NCBI GenBank assembly: GCA_017454105.1
Contig: JAFTDR010000203.1
Coordinates: 2,529-66,528, forward strand
Direction: 5' to 3'
DNA from: Desulfovibrionaceae bacterium
GTDB lineage: Bacteria; Desulfobacterota; Desulfovibrionia; Desulfovibrionales; Desulfovibrionaceae
Length of the DNA: 64,000 bases
Position 1 is the stretch's first letter. The number at the start of each line of letters is the position of its first letter. Position numbers and translations under genes: made by a program. Below, piece after piece: positions 1 through 10,336 of the stretch. The notes under the pieces are model-generated. The model saw only the letters and a list, made by a program, of their open reading frames with translations. It was not told the DNA's origin and ran no database searches.

Positions 1-132
1 ATACTTGCCGAGTTCTTTTCCACTTTCTTCCCTGGAGCAGGCCATTGTCAGTTTCATCGACGGATGCCCTGAAAGCAGGCGGGCAAGTTCCATACCGGCA
101 TATCCTGTTATGCCGACAAGACCAACATTCAT
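1..132 (-). CDS. argC: N-acetyl-gamma-glutamyl-phosphate reductase, N-terminal part (runs off the window)
   Basis: Manual translation MNVGLVGITGYAGMELARLLSGHPSMKL matches the ArgC Rossmann N-terminus (GxTGYxGxEL.RLL..HP); AGGAG RBS upstream. Confidence 0.9.
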   Translation of the reverse strand, partial: MNVGLVGITGYAGMELARLLSGHPSMKLTMACSREESGKELGKY

Positions 133-1238
133 GTGTTCTACTCCTAAATAGGGCCCATAGCCCCTCGATTGAATAGTGGTGAAGACATACACGTGCCATA
201 CGGCTTCGAATGCGAGCCTAAAGATTGCGCACGGGCACTTTTTTTCTGGCTCAAGTGTATGCAGTTCTGTGCGCGTGGGTGCGATGAATATCGCTCGCGT
301 ATCCATTGCTTTTCTTCTGACGTAAGATGCGCGGTAGTGCGACGGATACAATAACCGACCACGATGCGCTGAAGAATATCTTTGGCTTCGCACGTCTAAA
401 CCGCGCTTTGCTTTTGAGCGAGCAGATGTGTTTCCTTGGGCAAACTGACTTTTCAAAGATCGTGTGTCACTTTTTTTGACTCAAGGTGATCGTCGTATGC
501 CTTGGGCGTTTCAGAGTCACGAAATCTTCTGAAGACCCTTTTTTTGTGAGATTGTCGTGTTCGTGACGCAGGGGATTCATAGTTCGAGGCAATCAACAGT
601 ATAAACTGTCAGCATTACAGAGCCATACTCTGAGCAAATTCCCCCCCCTTCGGGGCGGGGGGGGCTTTTCGGATATTTCAACTCTCTTTGCGTCAAAAAG
701 CATGACAGACGTGCTTTTTGAAAAAAGAGAGCGCAATACATGGTTTGTCCGTTCGCTCATCGACATGAGCGGAAATTTTGAAAGCAAAAAAAGCCACGAG
801 AGCCTAGTACTGGTTTACCGAAATACGTGTGTATCTTTTGCCCGCAATCATCGTAACGAAGTAGGAGTATCTCCTACATCTTTTTACACACGGACATAGA
901 AAATTTACTCCTAGTACTGCCTTCTCGTAAGTCCGTGTTGTAAAATATGGTGGCCTACGCTGCAAGGGTAGTCTTTGCTATGCCAGTACGAGTGTTCCGT
1001 ACAATGCACGTATCGTGCGCTGGTATTGCACGCAGATTTGCCGCTGGCTCATTTTCTAGGATGTGAATGAAACGCGAGACGAGCGATTGAGCAGCGAAGG
1101 GGCGATCCCACAAAAAAGCGCAAGACCTATTTTTTCTACCCCACGTATACTCAAAGACAAGAGATTGCATAGCCAATCTCTTGGCAAGTGCATTACGGCA
1201 CAAGGCGTATTTAAGCGCGCAGGCTGCTCTCTTTGCCT

Positions 1239-1511
1239 CTATAGCGTGCCGAATATTTTCACGTATTTCATTTTGAGTTCAAAGAGCATGTTGTCAAGCA
1301 TTTGCTCTTCCTGCGCATCAAGATTGCCCTTTGTCTTTATTTTGAGCATGTCGAGAACGTCGATGCTGTGTTTTGCCAAGAGTTTGTCCGCATGCTTTCC
1401 ACCCTTTGCCGGATCCGGCACTTCCCCTAATTGAACCAGAGCGGAAGAACCCATGGACAGGATAAATGTCGAAAACGTGACTTCCGGCATGCGTGTTTCT
1501 TGCGTACTCAT
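1239..1511 (-). CDS. DUF1844 domain-containing protein
   Basis: 90 aa; FSTFILSMGSSALVQLGEVPDP...AKHSIDVLDMLKIKTKGNL...LFELKMKYV pattern. Confidence 0.8.
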   Translation of the reverse strand: MSTQETRMPEVTFSTFILSMGSSALVQLGEVPDPAKGGKHADKLLAKHSIDVLDMLKIKTKGNLDAQEEQMLDNMLFELKMKYVKIFGTL

Positions 1512-1529
1512 AGAGCGTCCCCCCTCCAG

Positions 1530-2720
1530 TTAACTGCGGATGAAAACCTGCGGGATCACGTCTCCGGGATTTCCCTGCATGGCTTCATTGTATGCGGCCA
1601 TGGCGCGTTCAAGGTAGTCGCGGGCAAGAGAGAAGCCATTTGCATGGATGAGGCTTTGATCAAGGGCATAGAGACCAGCAAGAATGTCAGACCAGTCGAC
1701 CCAACCCATATGCCCGATACGCACAAGACGCCCTTTGAGTTTGTCTTGGCCGCCGGCCATTGAGACGCCGTACTGCTCCTTTGCGTATTTCAGGACAAGT
1801 TTCCCGTCGACCCCTTCAGGCAATTGCACGCTGGTTAGGCCCCATGTGTAGTTTTCTGGGGCAAAAAGTGTGAGACCGAGGGTTTTGACGCCTGTTCTTG
1901 CGAGCATGGTGAGCGCCCACTGTTTTTTGTAGACGTTTTCCAAACCCTCTTCCTCCATCATGGCGAGGCTTTCGTCAAGACCGACAATGAGATTGACAGG
2001 CGTTGTGAAATTGGTCTCGTTCTCTTCGACTTTTTTGCGTTCGCGGGGGAGGTTGAAATAGTAGCAGCCAGGATCGTGCATCTTTGCCCGTACCCAGGCC
2101 CTTTCAGAGAGAGCAAGAAGGGCAAGACCAGGAGGCAGCATAAGGCCCTTTTGCGAGCCTGTGAGCAGGCAGTCTATGCCCCAGTCATCCATCGGGCAGG
2201 GGGAGATGCCGACAGCGGAAATTCCGTCCGCAACGAGAAGAACATCCTTGTTCCGCGTAACAGCGGCGATTTTCTGAATGGGATGGAGAACACCGGTTGA
2301 TGTCTCCGAGACCTGCACAAGAACCCCCCGAATATCGGGATCCTTGTTTAAGGCCTCCTCAAGCTTTTCAGGCGGGCAGGCCGTACCCCAGGGAAGGATG
2401 AGTTCAGAAACAGCAAGACCCCGCGCTTTTGCTATATCGCGCCAGCGTTCACCGAATTTTCCGGCGTTGACAACCAGCACTTTTTCTTCTGGCGCGAAAA
2501 GACTGTATACTGCCGCCGTCATGGCGCCAGTGCCGGATGCGGCGAGCGGGAGAACGACTTCCTTTGTGCCAAAAAGATGACGGAGGCGTGTCTGCACCCT
2601 GGACATTATGGTGTGGAAGTCTGCTTTTCTGTGGTGGATCATGTCCCGTGCGAGAGCTAGACGAACCCGCTCGGGCAGTGGTGTAGGTCCAGGGGTGAGG
2701 AGGCGAAGTTTGTTGAGCAT
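1530..2720 (-). CDS. Class V PLP-dependent aminotransferase (serine-pyruvate/alanine-glyoxylate type)
   Basis: LLTPGPT, SGTGAM and GSQKGLMLPPGL (PLP lysine) motifs; start reassigned to MLNKLRLL at 2720. Confidence 0.9.
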   Translation of the reverse strand: MLNKLRLLTPGPTPLPERVRLALARDMIHHRKADFHTIMSRVQTRLRHLFGTKEVVLPLAASGTGAMTAAVYSLFAPEEKVLVVNAGKFGERWRDIAKARGLAVSELILPWGTACPPEKLEEALNKDPDIRGVLVQVSETSTGVLHPIQKIAAVTRNKDVLLVADGISAVGISPCPMDDWGIDCLLTGSQKGLMLPPGLALLALSERAWVRAKMHDPGCYYFNLPRERKKVEENETNFTTPVNLIVGLDESLAMMEEEGLENVYKKQWALTMLARTGVKTLGLTLFAPENYTWGLTSVQLPEGVDGKLVLKYAKEQYGVSMAGGQDKLKGRLVRIGHMGWVDWSDILAGLYALDQSLIHANGFSLARDYLERAMAAYNEAMQGNPGDVIPQVFIRS

Positions 2721-3150
2721 TAGGAGATCTTCCTTTTTATCCAAGACACCGTCCAATCGTACACCGTCTAACCGTAAGGATGCGCGATTGAACGGCAAGG
2801 AGACAAGAGACTTGCGGCTTGCAATACAGGCTCTCAGTCAAAGAGCAGAGGGGCTGTATGCGAGCCCTTTGTTTGTATGGGGGGACTTTTTTTCCGTAAA
2901 AAAAATGCTGGGGAGAGTTTTTCGCTGTTTCATTGACCACAATGCGGCATGGCAGAGTAACAAAATATGCCCTCATGCGCCATACGACACACGCCTGATT
3001 TTTTTTTCGCGCGTACTGGTTGGCATACTATCGCTAAAGCTTTCACCTTGCTTTCTTTTCGCGCAGAGCGACTGACATAAGCCAAGAATCTCTGTTTCAA
3101 CTCACTTGAAAGATAGTTTTTTTTTGGATGGTGCTAAAACTAGCTCCCCC

Positions 3151-3188
3151 AAGTTCGTGTGTATCTTGTACGCAGAACTGTGCTGTAC
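3151..3188 (-). repeat. Module D copy without family C
   Basis: AAGTTCGTGTGTATCTTGTACGCAGAACTGTGCTGTAC is the near reverse complement of 33867..33904. Confidence 0.7.
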
Positions 3189-3298
3189 ACGGACTTAAGA
3201 GAAGCCAGCGCGGAAACTTTGGGCGTTTCAGTGGTACACTGCATGGGCCGTTTATGTCGCAGTTTGGGCCATGTCTTCTACTGCGGTCGCGAAAAAAG

Positions 3299-3501
3299 TT
3301 CCGCGTGTACGGATTGGCATAATATCACTCAAGCTCTGGAGCCACAAAGAACCAGGCTTTTCAGTCGTTCTTGAGTTTCGGGGCATCCTTGCCTCCTTTT
3401 AGCACAGAGCTACTGACATACGTCAAGATGCTCTGCATCGCGAGGATTCCGCTTCAACTCGCAGGGATTGAACGATATTATTGTAATCCGTACACGCGGA
3501 A
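3299..3501. mobile_element. MITE family B, 203 bp with 28-bp terminal inverted repeats
   Basis: TTCCGCGTGTACGGATTGGCATAATATC ... GATATTATTGTAATCCGTACACGCGGAA (25/28 complementary). Confidence 0.8.
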
Positions 3502-4340
3502 GAAGTTGCCAGCGATGAGCTATACTCGTGTTTCGCCCTCATCAACGGCGAAACCTTGCACTTCCTCCGATATTGGGAGGGAAGGTTTCACCCGTCGCGG
3601 GTATCCAAGATTGGGAAGTCAGACGCAGGCAGTACAAGTTGGGTTAAGGAAAAGGCGGCTGACTGTCGCTCCTGAAGGGAATTTGCAGACCATATGGGCA
3701 AGTAATTTTTGCTCAGCCCCTCATGTCAAAAGATAGACGAAAGCGTGCCAACGCTAGGATTTGCCACGCGAACTCGGACGTTGCGCATCTGCCAAACTTC
3801 ACGCAAGCCAAGCCTTTGAAGAAGCTTATGCTGGCAGTGTTTATTAAAAAGGGCACTTGCTCTCGTTACTCTTAAAAAATGTCAGGATATGTTTTTTTAG
3901 TTCACAAGGATTTTGAGGGCTGTCACAGACTTCATTTCTGGTGTCGAAACACTCTTTCAGTTTCGACAAAAGTGTTAAGATACTTTTTTACAATTCCCTA
4001 TGTTCTCACATTTGGTTAAAAAAATCTGGTTTTGTGAGTAGTCAACCAAATTACCCAAGAATTTAGGATACTCTTTAATTTCCGCCCAGCGAGTTAGCTA
4101 CTGAGAAGAGCCGCACTCCTTCGGACTTCCAACTCAAAAATATCCTTTGTAGCTAAATAGGTCTGTTTAGCTACAAAAGATTCTGTAGGATGAAAAACCC
4201 GTGTCCAGTCAAAAGGCAAGGGAACAATGCAGTTTTTAGAGAGATTCAAACCGTATCACTATCGACAAAAAACGCATCGTACCGTGGGAGAGATACGCTG
4301 AGAGACCGTTCTCCGTGAGCGGATTCAAAGTGTCAGCACT

Positions 4341-5010
4341 TCATTCTTTTTGTTCATCACTGAATGGTATACAAATACGTAATCCATCTATATGTTCTAA
4401 TAAATCATCTGGTATATGATTAAAAAGAGGATCTAATATAAAATCTATTCCTTCTCGTCTCGCGAGTTTAGCAGCGGGTACAAAATCACTATCACCTGAA
4501 ATAAGCACGATACGATCAACTTGCTTTTTGTATGCTAGTGATGCAATGTCAATGCCTATTTTTATATCAACCCTTTTTTTCAATTGAAAGGATAAAATCT
4601 TTTTCTGTTAACTCTGAAAATTTTTTTTGTCCCATTACACAGCTTTTTAATCTGGTCGGAGCAAGTGTGTAATCTATTTTTCATGTTTTGGAGCAAGTCT
4701 CTCCAAGCGAAGAGCAAATTTGCGTTTTTTTCTTTAAGATATTTAAAAAATCAGTCATTCATCTAAACAATTCAGACTTATTATAGTTAATAATTTTTTT
4801 TAGATAGGGGTGAAATATCTTTTTATCTGTCGGATAGCAGTCATAATAGAAAATTCTATATAAATAGTCGCCTATATGTTTTTTTGTAAGTCAAATGATT
4901 TCTGCAATACTCTTCAAGCTCTTTGGCTCGAAGGGCAGGACTGACTACCCCAATATATCCTGTGATTTTCTTCGGTAGAAAGCACCATCAACTAAAATAG
5001 CGGTTTTCAT
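4341..5010 (-). pseudogene. NYN (LabA/DUF88, PIN-like) RNase pseudogene
   Basis: Fragments reconstruct to MKTAILVDGAFY / YRIFYYDCYP / KFALRL / VDIKIGIDIASLAYKKQVDRIVLISGDSDFVPAAKLARREGIDF; several frameshifts (mostly in A tracts) and a TGA at a probable W codon (LFR*MTDF). Confidence 0.85.
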
Positions 5011-5023
5011 AATAGCAAAAAAG

Positions 5024-5071
5024 CCTCTAGGCTCAACACTGCCATGATCTTCGGCGGTCTACTGCTAGAGG
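5024..5071 (-). ncRNA. Candidate structured RNA directly upstream of the NYN start codon
   Basis: Outer stem CCTCTAG/CTAGAGG encloses an internal loop and an inner GCC(G)/(T)GGC hairpin; ends 13 nt before the ATG. Confidence 0.45.
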
Positions 5072-6070
5072 TACTATGAGCAAGAAGAATTTTCTGGTCT
5101 GGAGGAATGAATTAAAAATTTTGCCAAATTTCAGTAGCTGGCAATGCCCTATTTCGTTTGAGTCGATTCGTGGGCCTTTATTACTCTTGTGAACCTTTTG
5201 GCTGCACTCCTTTCATACAGGAGAGCTTTTTTCCCGTGTAGCAGCTACGATAGAGTTCCCTCGTAGAGGATCTACAATCACGCGTTGATTATTCTGCCGT
5301 TTCTTCCAGAGGCAATGGTTGTAGCCTGACGCCGTAAAAACTCGATACTCTCGTTCTATTATGCGATTTGGGCTTTTCGAGGCATCAGAGCGTACTTCCG
5401 ACTGATTTGCGATAGTTCCTGCTAAGTGCTGGGTGACTTACACGCTCTCCTCATACGTAAATTCACGTGCGACCAATGGTTTTCTATGAGTCTTGCTGTC
5501 TCATTCCAATATTGTTTCTACCACAGAGTACAAAATCAGTCAAAGCAATTTTTTCCGTCTGCGCATTTTGTAGTATTTCCGTTTTTCGAGCGTAAGCACT
5601 CCTTGAAAGGGAAGATTGCAAGTAACAGTACCTCTCCCTTTGTGTCGGCCAAAAAGCTACTGGCCGCATAATGATTTCCCATGAGAGACAGGCGAGCGAT
5701 CTCGATTGGTTGACACATGCTTGGCTACTTCGTGTCACGGGGAAGATTCTTGTGATGCCGCGTATATATACTCGCGTCGGAAAAGATCTTCCACAATGCA
5801 GCCGGTTTTACCCCATCGGAGAGCTGATTAGCCTTTAGGCGGCATCTATCTGGTTGACCTCCCTACAGTGTTCTGGAATCTCAGACCACTCATGGACACA
5901 TTTTTTTTCTGACTTGAGTAGACAAGCGCACGCGGGCCATAGTGTGGCCGCGTGCGCTTGTCTTTGTACCCTGTTCCGTTGTTACGCACGGTTTCTGGAT
6001 TTCTGGCAGAATCAGTCCAGGTCTGCTTCCAAGCAGGTGGCCCTTTTGGATTGTACCTGGGCTGTGTGAC

Positions 6071-7540
6071 TTACTTTGTGACTTTATATCGTGCGACCTG
6101 CTCGTCTAAGTCTTCTGAGCCCTGCGTTACCGTGAGTGTAAAACTCTGGAAAATCTGCTCTTCGCTCATTGAGGCTAACTGCGGGGCAGTAAAGGACTTT
6201 TCGGGCTTAGTTGCAAGTTCAATGCTGCCTGGTTTGTCGATAAAACTGTGTAGTTTTGCTTCGAGTTTTGGGAGACCTGTGCCTGCAACCTCTTTTTTGA
6301 GGAAGTCCTTTGCGGAGCCGTTACTGTGAATCACAAGGGCTGCGCGCGAAAGAAGACTTTTGTCCGTTACGCGCAGACGCAAATTTTTCAGAGGGCAGGT
6401 CTGAATTTCTTTTTCTAGATTTTTGAGGGTGCTTATACCGGCATTAAGAGATGCGTCAATGCTAAGAAGCTCTTCTATATCAATGTTTCCAGCAAGCCGG
6501 TAGTTTTTGTCTGCATCCTTGTTGCTTGAAAGCGAAAAAGTGAGGTGGAGGACTGGGGGGAGGGGAACTGTTTGCCCAGTCTGCTCTTCTAGTTCCTTTT
6601 CTATGTCTTTGGTTGGCAAAGTCACGCGCGCGATAGAGAAAAGCGATTGTTCAGCATTTTTCTTTGTGTTGAAGGTGATTGAGCCAATGTTTAAGGGGGT
6701 ATTCTCGACATGTACTGTTATATCTTCAAGGACTGTGCTTTCGACAAGCGGTGTCTCTCCCATAAGGAGATCAAAGACCGCTTCTGCGGCCGCAGGGGAT
6801 GTTCGCGAAATTGTCTGGGCAAAAGAGGTCCATTCCTCTTCGGTATAGAGGCGGATGTTTTTCTGCGTGATTTTCTTTAGGCTTAGGCGCTTCTCTGCAT
6901 TTTCCGTAACATCTAAGTTTTCAATAACACACATCCCGACCTTGTCCTTTGTTGCGTGAGTCACCTCTATGGGACCTAAGGTTATGACAAGTTTATCTTG
7001 AGCGGGGACTGTGATTGTCATAGTGTCAAGGTGTATGGCCTCGACAGAAAGCGCTGTGCGGAGAATGTCTGCCTTGCCTCCCTTCAGTGTCTCAAGATCG
7101 AGTGCGTCGATGCTCGCTTTAGAGGCTGTGGTATTGTGAATGGCAATTTCAGCGTCCTCGACACTGAGAGTAAGACCATTTGCTCTGCCTTTGGCGAGCA
7201 GGGGAATCTGCCCAGTCTTTGGAACAAGAGACTCGAAGGGGGAGAAGGCAAGAAGACCCTGCCATGTGAGGGTAAGTTGCGCTTCCTCAAATGTGCCCTT
7301 TTTGATTCTAAGCGCAGGATTGCTGCGGATGGTGAAGGGATGGATTGTGAGTGTGCGCGTGAGGGGGCTGACTGTTGTCTCAATGGGTTTTTCGGGAACC
7401 AATCCCTGTTGGGTGAAGTAGGCGTTCACCCTGTCTGCGAATTCACGCTCAAGACTTGGTTTGAGCAAAAAGTGGCCTGCTCCGGCAAGAATTGCCAGGA
7501 GAAGGAGGATACAAAGCAGAAGAATGTGGGTTCGTTTCAT
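6071..7540 (-). CDS. Hypothetical membrane-anchored protein
   Basis: Long open frame; N-terminal hydrophobic anchor MKRTHILLLCILLLLAILAGAGHFLL; directly downstream of nadB. Confidence 0.7.
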   Translation of the reverse strand: MKRTHILLLCILLLLAILAGAGHFLLKPSLEREFADRVNAYFTQQGLVPEKPIETTVSPLTRTLTIHPFTIRSNPALRIKKGTFEEAQLTLTWQGLLAFSPFESLVPKTGQIPLLAKGRANGLTLSVEDAEIAIHNTTASKASIDALDLETLKGGKADILRTALSVEAIHLDTMTITVPAQDKLVITLGPIEVTHATKDKVGMCVIENLDVTENAEKRLSLKKITQKNIRLYTEEEWTSFAQTISRTSPAAAEAVFDLLMGETPLVESTVLEDITVHVENTPLNIGSITFNTKKNAEQSLFSIARVTLPTKDIEKELEEQTGQTVPLPPVLHLTFSLSSNKDADKNYRLAGNIDIEELLSIDASLNAGISTLKNLEKEIQTCPLKNLRLRVTDKSLLSRAALVIHSNGSAKDFLKKEVAGTGLPKLEAKLHSFIDKPGSIELATKPEKSFTAPQLASMSEEQIFQSFTLTVTQGSEDLDEQVARYKVTK

Positions 7541-7574
7541 AGTCGCTCTGTGCGCCGAGTTATAGGTTGACCGT

Positions 7575-9176
7575 CTATATTCTGTGATGGCAGCCAATGC
7601 TTTGTGGGTTGCGCATGGCGGCCTGGGTTATAGCATACGCTGTTTTTGATCCGTGGAACAGCTGTATGAGACGGTAGGAAATATGTGTGCGTTTATAGAA
7701 GTCATGAATATGACGCACGAGAACACGCATGTCTTCGAAGGCCCGATGGAGTCTCGCCTGCGTGCGCGACATGCCGACGTAGTTCCACATTGTGTTGCGT
7801 ATATTCGCCCAGTCTTGAGCGACAAGGGCCGGATCATCGGCGTGTTCATTCCCCTCGTGCTGCCAATCGGGTATGGCATTGCGCAGTTCAGCCGGAAGTC
7901 CTCCTTCCTGACCCTGTATCGCAACAAGATGTTCGGCGCAGCTTGCGCCGAAACTTAAGCCCTCAAGCAGTGAAGTACTTGCGAGACGGTTGGCACCGTG
8001 CAGTCCTGTGCATGCGCACTCGCCGATTGCGTAGAGACCTTTGAGGGATGTTCTGCCGAACTGATCGGTTAAGATGCCGCCACAGAAGTAGTGAGCGCAG
8101 GGCACAACAGGAATCGGATCTGTGCGAATATCGAGGCCAATTTTTTGACAAGCCGAAAAAACTGTCGGAAAGCGGGTTGGCAGATCCTGCTGGACACGGG
8201 ATGCGTCAAGAAAGAGATAGGGGGAATTGGAACTGAGCATTTCTTCCATCATGGATTGGGCTACGATATCTCGTGGCGCAAGGTCGCCGCGTTCGTCATA
8301 GCGGTGCATGAAGGGTTCCCCTTGGGCATTGAGCAGACGGGCACCTTCCCCGCGCAACGATTCAGTAATCAGCTGTCTCGTCGATTGGCGCTCGTCATAG
8401 AGTGCTGTCGGATGGAACTGCATAAATTCCAGATTGGAGAGTTCCACACCGGCGCGCCAGGCCATGGCTATGCCTGTACCAACACAGCTTTCGGAATTGG
8501 TTGAGTGGAGAAAAACGCGGCCAACGCCGCCAGTTGCGAGAATTGTTTGATCGGCAAGTATGGTCTCTGGCTCATTTGTCGTCCGATTGAGGACATAGGC
8601 TCCGACGCAGCGGTTGCCAACTTCATAGCGAAATTGGGAATTTTTTGCGTGATGCTGCGTTGTTAAAAGATCAATGGCAGCCATGGAGTGGAGGCAGGTT
8701 ATGCGGGGATGATTTGCAATAGCCCGGCTTAGACCGTCCATAATGGCTTTGCCAGTATAATCGGCTTTATGGAGGATTCTCGGGTGGGAGTGTCCTCCTT
8801 CACGTGTTAAATCAAAACTTCCGTCGGGATTTTTGTCAAAGGGAATGTGGACACGGTCAATTAGTATTTTTTCGACGTATTCCGGCCCTTTGTGCGCAAT
8901 CCAGTGAACGGCTTTTTTGTAATTGTAGTTGTGGCCCGCGACAAGGATATCGTCTTCAAGCGACTGCGCGTCGGCCCGCTGTTCTCCACCCCTTGCTGTT
9001 CCGGCCTGGTAGATAATGCCTCCCTGCGCGAGGGCGGAGTTACCGTCTTGGAGAATCTCGCCTGCATTGAGGAGCAGGACATCAAGCCCAGCGTCTGCCA
9101 GGGTAAGAGCAGCCGTTGCCCCGGCAATGCCGGAACCGATGATGAGGTAGGGGACATAACGACGTGTGCTTTGCAT
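7575..9176 (-). CDS. nadB: L-aspartate oxidase
   Basis: IIGSGIAG FAD motif, TREGGHS, EFMQFHPT, LITESLRGEGA, HYFCGG, GLHGANRLASTSLLEG. Confidence 0.95.
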   Translation of the reverse strand: MQSTRRYVPYLIIGSGIAGATAALTLADAGLDVLLLNAGEILQDGNSALAQGGIIYQAGTARGGEQRADAQSLEDDILVAGHNYNYKKAVHWIAHKGPEYVEKILIDRVHIPFDKNPDGSFDLTREGGHSHPRILHKADYTGKAIMDGLSRAIANHPRITCLHSMAAIDLLTTQHHAKNSQFRYEVGNRCVGAYVLNRTTNEPETILADQTILATGGVGRVFLHSTNSESCVGTGIAMAWRAGVELSNLEFMQFHPTALYDERQSTRQLITESLRGEGARLLNAQGEPFMHRYDERGDLAPRDIVAQSMMEEMLSSNSPYLFLDASRVQQDLPTRFPTVFSACQKIGLDIRTDPIPVVPCAHYFCGGILTDQFGRTSLKGLYAIGECACTGLHGANRLASTSLLEGLSFGASCAEHLVAIQGQEGGLPAELRNAIPDWQHEGNEHADDPALVAQDWANIRNTMWNYVGMSRTQARLHRAFEDMRVLVRHIHDFYKRTHISYRLIQLFHGSKTAYAITQAAMRNPQSIGCHHRI

Positions 9177-9293
9177 GATAATGGGCCCTTGCATCAACGT
9201 TGAAAAACGCAGATGTCTCCCAAGTCCACCATGGGCCTGGGAGAATCTGTCCTGTACATAGTTTCAGGTGGCACAGTGTACTTCGTACGGAGA

Positions 9294-10325
9294 CTATCGT
9301 ATTGTGTCGCAGACTGTGAGCATACGGGTGATGGCTTCTTTTGCGCTTTTGCGCTCTTTCTCCGATAGAGAGAGAGCTTTGGCCTTGTTTGCGTCAATTG
9401 CTTGAAGAAGCGTTAAGAGACGCTCCTCTGTGACGGCATTCATATCTGGACAGTACATCGGAAGCAAGCCTTGCACGGATGCATTGCTTTTGTGTAAGCG
9501 GGCGACAAGATTGCTCTCTGTGCCGATGCCAAGTTTTTGGCCTGTTTTTTCCGCTTCTTTGGCTTTTGCAATGAGAAATGACGTTGAACCAGCTCCGTCA
9601 CTTGCACTAACAACTTCTGGCGGACATTCTGGATGCACATAGACAGAGGCGTCCGGCACCTTTTTGCGAAAGGCTTCTATTTGCTCTTGTCTTAGCTGAG
9701 CGTGAACTGGGCAGCAACCAGGCCAAATGAGCAGTCTTTTTTCCTGCAGGGCCGGATCGGACAAGGCCTCCTGTGAGAGATGAAGGATCTGCCAGTCCTT
9801 CTCTGTGAGACCGAGACGTTTTGCTGTATTGCAGGCAAGATGCCTGTCTGGAAGAAAGAGGACCGCATCGCCTTCTCTCATGGCCCAGTCAAGCATGATG
9901 TCGGCATTGGCCGATGTGCAGACAGCCCCGTTGTAGGCACCCACACAGCTTTTTACCCCTGCCTGTGTATTGACATAGGCGAGAGGAATAACGCGCCGCG
10001 TTGTATTTACTGTGCGCACAACTCGCTCAACTTCATAGGCCCCGGCCATAAGGGCCATCATGCATTCTGCATGTTCTGCTGGAATATAGACCTTTTGATC
10101 TGGGCGAGTCAGGAGAGCTGCGGACTCGCCCATAAAAAATACCCCGCAGAAAACAAGGATTTCGGCATCGACTGTGGGTACTTTGCGGGAGAGTTCAAGC
10201 GAGTCCCCTGTGAAATCGCAGTGGCGGATAACGGCATCGGTTTGATAGTGGTGCCCGAGAATGCACAGACGTGAGCCCATTTTTTTCCGAAGGCCGTCAA
10301 TTTTTTGAGAAAGATCGCAAGACAT
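9294..10325 (-). CDS. nadA: Quinolinate synthase
   Basis: LGHHYQ, GDSLELS, FCGVFFMGE, AYVNT, CTSANA, GCCPVH, VHPECP motifs; lies between nadC and nadB. Confidence 0.95.
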   Translation of the reverse strand: MSCDLSQKIDGLRKKMGSRLCILGHHYQTDAVIRHCDFTGDSLELSRKVPTVDAEILVFCGVFFMGESAALLTRPDQKVYIPAEHAECMMALMAGAYEVERVVRTVNTTRRVIPLAYVNTQAGVKSCVGAYNGAVCTSANADIMLDWAMREGDAVLFLPDRHLACNTAKRLGLTEKDWQILHLSQEALSDPALQEKRLLIWPGCCPVHAQLRQEQIEAFRKKVPDASVYVHPECPPEVVSASDGAGSTSFLIAKAKEAEKTGQKLGIGTESNLVARLHKSNASVQGLLPMYCPDMNAVTEERLLTLLQAIDANKAKALSLSEKERKSAKEAITRMLTVCDTIR

Positions 10326-10336
10326 GCATCCGTTCC

